DNA of 64,000 bases from Antedon mediterranea (GCF_964355755.1 NC_092674.1:19344001-19408000); one strand, 5' to 3'; positions 15,401 to 28,600 are shown, numbered from the stretch's first letter. Made by a program: numbers and translations. Notes: a model not told the origin generated them from the sequence alone.

Positions 15401-18400
15401 CAGGATGCTTTTATGAACTGCATAAGAGTCAGAACCATGTCCATGTACATTAACATTACTCTGAATGTTGGCGAAGAAGCGCTACGTTTGTGTAGTGAAT
15501 AAATCCAATTTCTTTTGTAGGTCACTGACTAAAATTGATAAGTCATTTGAGATCTTTTTTGCTGTGCTTGAATCATTTTCACTACATGCAGTCTGCAGAA
15601 GATCTGATTTTGCAGTAAGTGTCTCGGGGAGTGACCCGTTGGAGGATTGGTATTCATCCATTAGAAGATCATGCAACGCGTGTAGCGTTGTGCTATTACG
15701 ACTCTTTTCATATGTCGCCCTTCAAGTATTTGTCTGGTTGTTGTAGGACCATAGATATCAGCTTCAATCCATGCATCATCAATTCCACTGGCCTCTATCG
15801 AACTACCAATAGCACGAAGTGCACATAGAACTGTATGGAATTCGCCTACTCTTAAAATGCAGTTCTTTGTCATTTCAGGTTTTAGGGATTGTAGTTTGAC
15901 TGCCTTCATATACAGGTCCATGTCCAATGTAACAATGGTCTTTCTGTTTGGTCCAATAATCTGACAATTTATGTGCTGCGCATGCTTTTTAACACAGAAA
16001 GCAATGTGGACCATTCATGAGCAGGTGCTGGTATTAGTAGAAGGGTTTGTATTTGTGTAATTGGTCTCTCATCATTTGTTAGAGTTATAATCCGCCCATG
16101 GTAGTATAAACTCAGTGGTTGACGTTTGATAATCAGTGTTTACAGTTTCATTCGATGAGCTTTCGGGATGATGGTTTTCTTCATTAGTTTTTTACTTAGC
16201 TACAAGCCAGGAACGATCCATGTTAATTGCAATGTTGAAGTTGTTTGTTTGTTGTTGTTTTGTGTAATTCGGATATTTTGGACAGTTACTTGGTTTGGGA
16301 TTTCCACAAATACCACTATCGTAAATTTTTACTCCTGTATAGCCCTTCAGCGATCTGGATGATGATTCAGATGAAATGATTAATTTGTCAGCAGGTAAAT
16401 TACGTTCTGCGGCCTGTTGAAAAGCAACCATGACAGTAGCATGTAGGGTATTTTCCCAATCGTTGGTGTCTTCTGAGAAATATATATTATCCGCAGCAAA
16501 GAACAATGGTCTACCATACTGAAGCCCTGGTGAAATGTAGATGCCACCAGTTGCAGCCATTCGTAAAATTACGGCATCGGCCAGTTGAGTTTCAATGCGT
16601 AGTATCTGACTGTAATTGACTGACAATCCCAACGAACGTAGATAAGAAACCAAATGTTTGCTACGGCTGTATGTATGGACTTTCAAACCAACTGCAAGGA
16701 CGTGTTCATTTCCACAAGTGTGCCTGTACCTGTTGTCACTTTTAGGTGTATCGGCTACTTGCCGTTGAGTTTTGACCTCGTATATGATGCTCTTTGCAAT
16801 GTTTAGACATGACCTCTCTATCTGTTCTGAACGGCAACAATTCATTGATGTCGATGGACCTTGAATTACCCATCTCAAAAAGGTCTTTATGGACGCCGGA
16901 ATGTTGTTGTGTCTTTCATCGCATTTTATTGTCCCATCAAACAACCATGGCGCCTCTCTGCTTTGAAGGATATCTTTTCTTAAAATACTCGCACTCTGGA
17001 AAATACTTTTCAAATCCTCTTCTGGTGTTTCAGATGCCTTCTTGATGGCATTATTTTTGGCCTTATTGGAGCATACCATTTCAGCTTTTCTTTTGTTTGG
17101 CCGGGAAAATTTGATATCTTCCATGCGGGTCATTATGAGGTTTTTAACATACTTGTTGCCGATAGACTTGTCTTCCAAACCATGCATTTTGCGGATGGCA
17201 GTATAAGTATTAGTGACATCATTCATTGAAATAATGTTGCCAGACTGCAGAACGTTATTCAAAACAATGACAAACTCAATATCTGCAAGAATACTTCTGT
17301 TATTATGACAAGGCTCCTGTGTGGCTTCATTTGGTTGGCGTTGTACATACTTTACATAACAATGGAGGTGATATTTTACGTCAATGGCTCGAGCATCATT
17401 TGGTGACAATGGTTGTAATTTTACTTTTCACTCATTATTTGTACTGTTTTGGATAACATCGTATATTTTCTGTCCAACGTCAAAAGAAGACACTTCATGT
17501 AGTTGTTTTTTTGTGTCATCTTCATTGCATACCAAGGCTAATGATGATGATGATGCTGATAATCTGGTGTATGGTTTTTTTGTTAAATCAACAGTGGAAT
17601 CTGAGTTACTATTACATTGTAGTGTGTGTGGTCGACCTTTTGCAGATATTAAAACAGTTGAATCGTTAGTGGCCAAACTTTAATTAAATCGCTGTTTGGC
17701 ACGTTCAATTTTGAGTTTGTGCACAGTCTTCTAAAAACATGACCTATGCCATGATGCTCCATTTTCTTGAAGAACAGACACATCAACATCACAGATTCGT
17801 TTGTTTAATGTAACATAACCTGGATCATTATACCCTGCACGGTCATGGACAGTATCAAGGAACTTTTGTTTGGATTTGGATTGGAAACTAGTTCACCACC
17901 TAGAATTTGACATTTAAGACACGCTGTATAGTTGACATCACAAGAAGGAGTGCAGTAGGATTCATCCATAATGTGTATTTAATGAGACAGCCAATAGATC
18001 ATCAATAGTACACCTGAAATACAATTTTTCTTTTATAAAACGTGTTTTAACAACTAATTGCTACTTTGATAATTCTATTGTAATTTTAGTGTGTTAACAT
18101 AAATATTATAATATCAAGGCTAACATCTAGGCTGACTGACTGCACAATCATGTCATAGTCACATGCGTAGAAAGTGGTTTTGACAGGGTCATAAAACATG
18201 AATGTCCACATAATTTTGGCCTAGCTTATCAATAACTCTAAATAAATAATATAAACTAATATATAGATTTATAAAGTGATATTTTATATTGTACAATTAT
18301 TAAGCTCACAATTAGGTAAAAAATATTTGTAAAAGTACACTATAAACATACCTTATCATGTGATGTAACCGCATTTTGAAAGGAACCTCATGTTCAAAAG

Positions 18401-18828
18401 TTTAAAAACTTGTCGCCACTAGAGGGCAGCAGAAAATTGCTAATGTAATTGCGATTATATCGGTTGCTATACATTTTGGGGTATGGATGTAATGGAAATA
18501 AATGATCAGTATTTAATTTCCTTTCCAATGATACCACTCAAGATCATTTTTGTTAAAGTTAGTCCGCCATCTTGAAAATCAAAATGGCGGCCACTTGCCA
18601 TGGTCGAAAAAAATGGCACCAAAGTTTTTCTTGTTCAGCGGAAAATTCTGAGTCGGAAAATCGTTGGTGCCGACAATTAACATCAAAGGCCCACAAAATG
18701 ACATAAGCCCCTGGACTAGTTGGTGTGTGTATGTGATGTTCGGGGTTTAGAGGGGTTAAATGTATTTATTTATTTGTTTTTTTGTATGTTTGTTCAAATT
18801 GTTTCGTTTTATGTATGTTTTATGTATG

Positions 18829-18862
<34 letters not shown>

Positions 18863-19488
18863 CTGAAGACAAGTGCTGTTCCGCCGTACCACGCCGAGAA
18901 TGTTAAAGAGTCGCTATCCAATCGAGTTTGAACAATACCATGAAAGCCCCAGTGGTCTAATGGTTAGGACATCTGCATATCAAGCAGGCGGTCCGAGTTC
19001 GAGTCTCAGTTGGGGCGACTTTTTCTCATTCTCACAGATTTCCTCATCTTTATCGTTTCAAATTAATTAATTAAATTTCAGTATATCACCGGGCGGTTTA
19101 GAATTAATGTTCTTTGCCTCTTTTGTTTATATATATAAAAGTATCTCTTCGGAGATCCCGCCTCGTGAATAAAAATACTGAAAGATGGGGGCGTATCAAT
19201 TTGATCTCTGTTGCACGTGCGTACAACTGAGGACTAGTGCTGTTCCGCCGTACCACGCCGAGAATGTTAAAGAGTCGTTATCCAATCGAGTTCGAACAAT
19301 ACCTTGAAAGCCCCAGTGGTCTAATGGTTAGGACATCTGCATATCAAGCAGGCGGTCCGAGTTCGAGTCTCGGTTGGGGCGACTTTTTCTCATTCTCACA
19401 GATTTCCTCATCTTTATCGTTTCAAATTAATTAATTAAATTTCAGTATATCACCGGGCGGTTTAGAATTAATGTTCTTTGCCTCTTGT

Positions 19489-19534
<46 letters not shown>

Positions 19535-19859
19535 TTAACAAAAGATGTAATTTATGTATATATGAAAAGTATGTTATTATATGTCAACCAGAGCTATGCT
19601 AACTGAACCGTAAGAACGAGTTAGTCTCTACTTGTAGACATAGGAAAAAATCCTTACTAAATTGCAGATCCAAACAGTTTATCTAAAACAATAGGCTATT
19701 GTATACGACTTCCTGATGACTCACTTTTATTAAGCACTATGAGACAACTGTGTCACTTATGTTTTATATTTCACCTGAAGAGTGGAGCCAGCTACATGCT
19801 GGTCGTACGAAACAAATTTGTAGTGATTAAAACAATAAAGTAACCAAGTTTTCTGCTGT

Positions 19860-19921
<62 letters not shown>

Positions 19922-21869
19922 CAATGAAGTTGCGTAGCACTGTGTAAATTATATATAAATCATACTGTAAATTATAGAAACAGTGCTCATATTCGGAACA
20001 TGATCTCATTGTATGAGAGAATGTATCTGGTGGGTGAAAATCTGTGATAATACCATACATGGCTCTGTGGTCTAGTGGTATGATACTCGCCCTGTAAGCG
20101 AGAGGTTGCAGGTTCGAATCCCGCCAGAGACATTTTTTCATACAACTAAAAAATACGGAACTTTCGCCAATGAGCTATGCTCGACGCGATTATGAGATCA
20201 TGTTCCGAATATGAGCACTGTTTCTATAATTTACAGTATGATTTATATATATATATATATAAATCATACTGTAAATTATAGAAACAGTGCTCATATTCGG
20301 AACATGATCTCATAATCGCGTCGAGCATAGCTCATTGGCGAAAGTTCCGTATTTTTTAGTTGTATGAAAAAATATATTTATACAATATACATGGTTTTCC
20401 AATATATAAGTTTTCATTTTGATTATATTCTTTTCAAATTGATTCATACTTAGGATTTTTTACCTCTTTCAATTTTTATATAATTTAATCACCTTTTTAT
20501 ACATTATCATTTATTATAAATCTCAAAAAGAAAATCTCAGAATTTATAATATATTATTGTTAATTTGAAATGAAGGAAGTAAATGTTTATTTGATTGGTT
20601 GATAAATGTGGTGTAACGGAATCATGGCCACTACCCTTCTTAAAATCTGCATTTAAAATAATTGATTTAAAAAGAACGAATTTGGAGATGGAGCAGACAT
20701 AATAAATAAAGCATCTTCAGAACAGGAATAAATTGATTTAGAAATGTTCATATCATTAGAAAAATATTTATTGAACAATTCGAATATTCTCGTTTATCGG
20801 TATACGTCACCAAATAATACAGTGTGGATTTTTAGTGTTTTTCCTTCCAGGGTTTATGACTGAAATTATATCGGAAGACATATATGCTTTCAATTGTTAT
20901 TAGGTTGTTCAAGTTTAGATGTATAATATTTCTTTTTTTGGTAGTTCGACAAAGCTTGTTAAAAATAATTATTTTTATATTGATTGTATTAACGCTTATG
21001 TTGAGGGCTTCGTGATTGGATAAATTTTTTGTATAATTGATGTTTGCGTTCACTGCATTTTAACAAGCTGGATTTCATCCATTGCTGTTTGATTTTACAT
21101 TTCTTTCAATTAGTTGGCTTAATATGTTAGCATGAATACTATAACATTTGTTTAAGAACATTCGAAAACTAAAAATGTATGATCACAATCATAGATTTCA
21201 GACATGTTTCGTTGGTTAGATCAATATAAATGTACTAATATCATTGATTTTTAATGATTGACTTGCAGTGGGCCTTTGAACATGAAAATCTTCTCAATAA
21301 ATGAGAGAGAGTATCTTTCTTTTCCATTTCGATAGTACAAAAATATAATATGCGAATACATAACATACAAATATACCTACATGCTTCCGGTTGTTATGTT
21401 TTTGAAAGTTCCAGTAGATATTTTTTCTAGGTTAGGATTGTATTGAACTAACCTATTAAAAAATATATAAGATATAATTGTTATTTACATTAACAAATAG
21501 TTCGCATTAACATTGGCGGGTGCAATTATTTGGGATTTTCCGGTCTTATTATTTTTACATTAATGGGTGTTGGAGTTTGCATATACAATTTATTGTATTT
21601 ATGTTCTTGGCATGTTTAGCGTAGTTTGAATTTTCCCAAATGTAACAAAGGCCTTCAAAAAAACAATTGTTTCTTAATTTAAATTACAATAAAAGAAAAC
21701 GAATAATTCACGAATGTTACTTACACTTCAACACTATAATCTGTATTCAATGCAAATGTATTTTCAACGAGCACTTGAATTTCGTTGTCATCCTGAATCC
21801 GCCTAAAAAAGTATAATATATATATAATATACCCACAGCATTGTCATTTTTTCAGTAATTTGCCTTTGG

Positions 21870-21908
<39 letters not shown>

Positions 21909-22045
21909 TATAATATATGGCGTACCATGTCCCGCATACCTAGCTCAGCATATATATTGTGCCAGTTCTGCGGTACATTTCATTTCGAAAACCCAAGCTG
22001 CACTGACGAGATCTAATAAGATCGAAACAGTACTGTCTGCAGATT

Positions 22046-22125
<80 letters not shown>

Positions 22126-22127
22126 GA

Positions 22128-22224
<97 letters not shown>

Positions 22225-23077
22225 AGTCTCGGTTGGGGCGACTTTTTCTCATTCTCACAGATTTCCTCATCTTTATCGTTTCAAATTAATTAATTAAATT
22301 TCAGTATATCACCGGGCGGTTTAGAATTAATGTTCTGTGCCTGATTTGTTTATATATATAAAAGTATCTCTTCTGAGATCCCGCCTCGTGAATAAAAATA
22401 CTGTAAGATGAGGGCGTATCAATTTGATCTCTGGTGCGCGTGCGTACAACTGAGGACTAGTGCTGTTCCGCCGTACCACGCCGAGAGTGTTAAAGAGTCG
22501 CTATCCAATCGAGTTCGAACAATACCATGAAAGCCCCAGTGGTCTAATGGTTAGGACATCTGCATATCAAGCAGGCTGTCCGAGTTCGAGTCTCGGTTGG
22601 GGCGACTTTTTCTCATTCTCACAGATTTCCTCATCTTTATCGTTTCAAATTAATTAATTAAATTTCAGTATATCACCGGGCGGTTTAGAATTAATGTTCT
22701 GTGCCTGATTTGTTTATATATATAAAAGTATCTCTTCTGAGATCCCGCCTCGTGAATAAAAATACTGTAAGATGAGGGCGTATCAATTTGATCTCTGGTG
22801 CGCGTGCGTACAACTGAGGACTAGTGCTGTTCCACCGTACCACGCCGAGAGTGTTAAAGAGTCGCTATCCAATCGAGTTCGAACAATACCATGAAAGCCC
22901 CAGTGGTCTAATGGTTAGGACATCTGCATATCAAGCAGGCGGTCCGAGTTCGAGTCTCGGTTGGGGCGACTTTTTCTCATTCTCACAGATTTCCTCATCT
23001 TTATCGTTTCAAATTAATTAATTAAATTTCAGTATATCACCGGGCGGTTTAGAATTAATGTTCTGTGCCTGATTTGT

Positions 23078-23147
<70 letters not shown>

Positions 23148-23347
23148 CAATGATGTTGCGTAGCACTGTGTAAATTATATATAAATTATAGAAACAGTGC
23201 TCACATTCGGAACATGATCTCATAATCGCGTCGAGCATAGCTCACCGGCGAAAGTTCCGTATTTTTTAGTTGTATGAAAAAATGTCTCTGGCTGGATTAT
23301 GAGATCATGTTCCGAATGTGAGCACTGTTTCTATAATTTACAGTATG

Positions 23348-23419
<72 letters not shown>

Positions 23420-24361
23420 CAACTGCATATCAAGAAGACGGTCCGAGTTCGAATCTCGGTGGGAGCTCATTCTCACAGATTTCCTCATCTTATCGTTTCA
23501 AATTAATTTATTAAATTTCACTATATCACCGGGCGGTTTAGAAATAAAGTTCTTTGCCTGCTGTGTTTATATATATAAAATTATCGTCGGAGATTCCGCT
23601 TCGTGAATAAAACACTGAAAGATGAGGCGTATCAATTTGATCTCTGGTGCGCGTGCGTACAATTGAGGTACTAGTGCTGTTCGCGTAATTTTTATTTTCC
23701 AGGACGAACGTGGGCAATTTGCATAAATGGACGTGGCTTAATTCCACAACTACTCTCTCGCATGCGCATATGGTCTACTTTCAGCAGAGAGAGTGTGTAG
23801 AAAGATTAAATCATTTTTGTAAACAGCGTTCGCCGAAATGTTTGGTCTAGTGGTAAAGGCGTTAATCTATTACACTTAAGCCCTCGGTTCGAGGTCTTTT
23901 TTTTTAGTAGTTGAGAGAGATTATTTAGAGGGTTAGGTTTAGGATATTTAGGAAGTAGATCAGCTATCTTGCAATTCTTTATACAGTAAAATTCCTAATA
24001 CAGAAAATAATTAAGGTAATGAATTATTAATAATAATAATAATAAGATTTATAGAGCGCACATATCCACAAAGTGCTGTTGTGAAAACCATGCGAAATGC
24101 AACCATGAAACTAAAAACAACAAAAAAACAAATTTTAAGGTGCACAGACCTGCCAGTTCATTACTCACATGTGTTCTCAGTAATGTGGGTATCTAGCTAA
24201 ACATTCATGATTTCTGCCCACGTTCGTCCTGGAAAAAAAATACGCATGCTGTTCCGCCGTACCACGCTAAGGAGTCGCTATCCAATCGAGTTTGAACAAT
24301 ATCATGACAGCCCCAGTGGTCTAATGATTAGGACAACTGAATATCAAGCAGGAGCAGTTTT

Positions 24362-24400
<39 letters not shown>

Positions 24401-24586
24401 GCTATGACTTTATCCAAATTCCCTCACTTGCACTGATAAAGGGCTAGTGTTTCCCGAAAGCTCTGCTAACTTTTCTGGCTGGTTACTTTATCGTTTTGAT
24501 TTAGCTTTTCGCTTTTTTTTGTATCTCCATTGAGATCCAGCCACTGATACCCACAGCATTGTCATTTTTTTCAGTAATTTGCCTTT

Positions 24587-24652
<66 letters not shown>

Positions 24653-25292
24653 GGTAATAATAATAATAATAATATGAGTATCGTTAGTACATATAAAACA
24701 AGGTAATGACAAAAACTACAACAAAAAAATTCCTTTTTTAAAGGAATTATACAAGCCTGAATTATATGATGTTCCTAATTTAAATCTGTCTTTATTTTTT
24801 TTCTCCATGCAAACCTTTAAATTACAATGAAACACATTTTCTATTTCAACAAACTTACAATAAATTTAACTGCATATTTACAAAAGTGAAAGGTTCAATG
24901 CCAAGTATATGGTTTGACGATATGTATCTGAAAAAAAAACCAGTTTTATCATTATTATTATTATTATGTGTTATTATTATTATTATTAGTGTTATTTTAT
25001 TATTATTATTATTATTATTATTATCAGTAGTAGTGGTGGTGTTGGTAGTAGTGGCATTGGCATTAGTGGTATTAGTGTAAATGATAGTGGTAGTAATATT
25101 GGTGGTAATGCTAATGGTAGTAGTGATAGTGACATTAGAGATAAGTGGTGGTAGCGTTGATAGTGGTGAATTAGTGGTAGTAGCGGTACCAGTATTAGCG
25201 GTATCGGCAGTAGCGGCAGTGGAAGCAGCACAGTAGTAGTAGAAGAAGTAGTAGCAGTAGCAGTAGTAGCATGAGTAGTAGTAATAGTAGTT

Positions 25293-25335
<43 letters not shown>

Positions 25336-25336
25336 C

Positions 25337-25388
<52 letters not shown>

Positions 25389-25589
25389 ATAGTAGTAGTA
25401 GCAGCAGCGGTAGTAGCAGCAGCAGCAGTAGTATTAGTATTAGAAGTAGTAGTAGTAGTAGTAGTGGTAGTAGTAGTAGAAGTGGTAGTAGCGGTAGTAG
25501 CAGCAGCAGTATTAGTAGTAGTAGCGGTAGTAGCAGCAGCAGTAGTATTAGTAGTAGTAGTAGTAGTAATATCAGTAGTAGTAGTAGTA

Positions 25590-25646
<57 letters not shown>

Positions 25647-28600
25647 ATAGTAGTAGTTGTTGTAGTAGTAGAAGCAGTAGTAGTAGTAGTTGCGGAGTGG
25701 CTATGGAGTTTGTGGTGTTGACAGTGGCGGTGGTGGTGGCGGCAGCAGCAGAAGCAACAGCAGTAGCAGTATTAGCTATAGTAGTAGTAGTTTGCAGTGT
25801 TTCGTTATTGTTAATATGCATTTAAACAAAATGTATTCACTTACAAATGATCTACCAAATTGGAGCCTTTAAATGTAGTACTTTTTAGTATAGATATACT
25901 GTTGTGACTTATATTTCTATTCCAAAAACAACACAAAATGAAATATTATAAATAATAAATATCGTTCAAACAGCATTGTTATATTCGGTATTGCAGCAAC
26001 GGCAAATTCCCATTGAAAAGTTGTGTCGATTTCCTTTTTTCCAATACTTTTTTGTCAACAATTAAACATTCTCATTTAGTTTCGAGAACGAATGGGCCAA
26101 CTGCAATAACTATCGAGTGAGCAGTATTCTCAACACCTAATATATTTTCTAAAAACACAAACATGAGAGCCAGCATTGTCTGGCATTATTGCCAACATTC
26201 CTGTCTCTCATTCCTAATAATATCCATCACAGTAGTTTGTTTACAGGAAACATTATAAACAGGCAAATTCCCATCTTCACAACCTTGAAACCCACTATCA
26301 AGTATAGGTTCTATACTGTGTTTCTGTATTTATTATTTATTTTTTGCACATTTTGGGGCACGCCGCATATGGGGCAGAAGCATGGCAACCCGAAAACTAA
26401 AGTAAATTTTGGCGTTTCATACATATAAAACTTGAGCTAAATTTACAGTCTATGAAGAAGCCTACATGATGCGCGTACACTTGACACTATGATGGTGCAT
26501 ACGATCTGGTTGAATAGCCACATTGGCTAGTCACCCAAAACCTTTTGATATTCATATTTTTCCAATAGGGTTTTTGAGAGATTAAACTGCTCTGAACATG
26601 CGTTCTGTTACGTTAGACGACATGGAAAGACACGTGTACGACTAAATACACTTCAGCTTCGTCTACAACATGTATGTATATAGCAATTTGCCAAATTCAG
26701 TCATAGTGTACCGTTTTACCACATGATTGTATAATTCTACTTTATATTTATCTAGTTCCGTTGGTTTATAAATAGTAATTACACCTTTATTATTAAGTTA
26801 ATAATCAATGTACAACGATATATATTTTGGCACAATACCAACACATCTTTTTTTAATGCAGGCATATAAAAATATATATTTTAGAAACAATTGAGAAATC
26901 GATTCTTAAATGGATGATAAACTTACACAGTACGGAGAAGTGGAAGGTCATTAAAACATGTTGATACTTCTGTCAACATGTTATTCATTGCATATCTAGG
27001 AAATAAAAAAAAATTCAACAAAATGTATGTCCGATTATTTCAAATAAAAAGTAGTGTTATTTCCAATAATAAACAAGCGAAAACAATATTTTCATGACGA
27101 AAGCCCTAATACCGAATACGATACGACAAGGAGATATTTTAGAAATAGTACTTACACTGATAAGATTGTCTTTGGAAATCTTGGTAAACTAGTAAGTAAA
27201 TTATTATTAAGGTTTCTATCAAAAACAAAAACAAAATTAAAAACAAACACAAACTAGCGTATAAATGTTGGTGTAATGATTCACCCTAATAATTTCGTTA
27301 TGGGTTAACTTACACTCAGGTGTGTTCACATTGCATTTCACTTTGGTAAGTTTCGGATGTACACGTTACCAGGAAATTAATAGTTAGAGTTTTATTCTCC
27401 CACTTCCTTGACGGAACACCAGATAGAAAATATAGGCTGTGAGTTGTTATTAGCATTGTTGGCGATAATATTACCTTACTTTTTGTCAAATCTTAAATAA
27501 TGGGTTATTTATATTAAAATATTTTAGTTATCATTACTGCTACTTTATTAGTCATATCTGAAATAATATAAGTTTAAACCTTACATGGATGTAAGTTTAT
27601 GTAAATCTAACAAAGCATCGTCGTCGATTTTCTTCAGGTTGTTATAGCCTATATTGCTGTAAAAAAATTATGTTAAAAACAAACCTCTAGTTTAAATTGA
27701 ATCGGCGGCTAGCCTACTAATTAACCTAGCATCAATCACAATCTATATTGTAATAGCACTAATCCAAAATGTGTTCCTCTATCTCCTCCTAAACCGCAAG
27801 TCGCTTAGTTTACTTTAGGAAGCCTTTATATAGAGTTCTGCGGTGCTGACGACACGACGGTAGCCAACCAAAAAAGGCGTTCAACCTGCCTGAATGACTC
27901 CAAGGTTACCAATTGTTGAAATAGGCTGATTGAAGTAACTTAATAAAAACAAACTAAAATTTCAAAAGATCACTAAATATTTGTTTTTAATAATCTTTTT
28001 ATTGTTCAACTACAGTTTAAGTTTTAAAAAATCAATTTTAAAACGTAATAAAAACAAACTAAAATTTCAAAAGATCACTAAATATTTGTTTTTAATAATC
28101 TTTTTATTGTTCAACTACAGTTTAAGTAAAAAAAATCAATCATAATTTAATTTGATAGAAATACAGATCTATACAGTTTATCAACATAGTAGCGTTGAAC
28201 GATTTTTTTGGTAATTGTATGCAGCGCCATCTATCGTTGTGACGTCAAACCGCAGAAATCTATAATTGCATAGTTTTAGACTATAGATTTATACATTTGT
28301 TTATACTATTATTGTTTACAGATTGCGAACATTCTGATCATTCATAGTGAAATAAAGATATTTGAAAATGTTTAAAATGTGTGAAACGTGTCTTCATTAC
28401 AATACTGGACTTAGATATAGTACCGATAATCGGTTATTTAAAATTCACAATTCCACATATTATTACTCGCATGTTTTTTTTCAAAGGTTGACTTATCTGT
28501 ATTTTACATATTCATAATTCATGGATAACATTTATCACGTAAGGCATGATGAGCTAAAATCAAGAGCAAAATATTTATTTTATGTTGCTCAAGTGATGTG

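Noticed and set aside
18873-19070. Repeated 65-aa [12 protein letters not shown]...
   Set aside because: GTG start, overlaps the tRNA-like core, and recurs only because family A is repeated.
19712-19760. Second hammerhead or SECIS at CTGATGACTCAC
   Set aside because: No GAAA core after the stem, and spacing and pairing do not fit a SECIS.
22013-22289. IYIY-repeat ORFs
   Set aside because: These are (TA)n microsatellite translations.
22814-22970. Possible hammerhead in family A (CTGAGGA ... GAAA then tRNA acceptor as stem III)
   Set aside because: No NUH cleavage site after the acceptor stem and no stem I partner; not supportable.
24169-24228. AG/GT-bounded 60-nt segment resembling an extra exon on the minus strand
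   Set aside because: In-frame TGA, no LRR pattern, and it lies in a MITE TIR.
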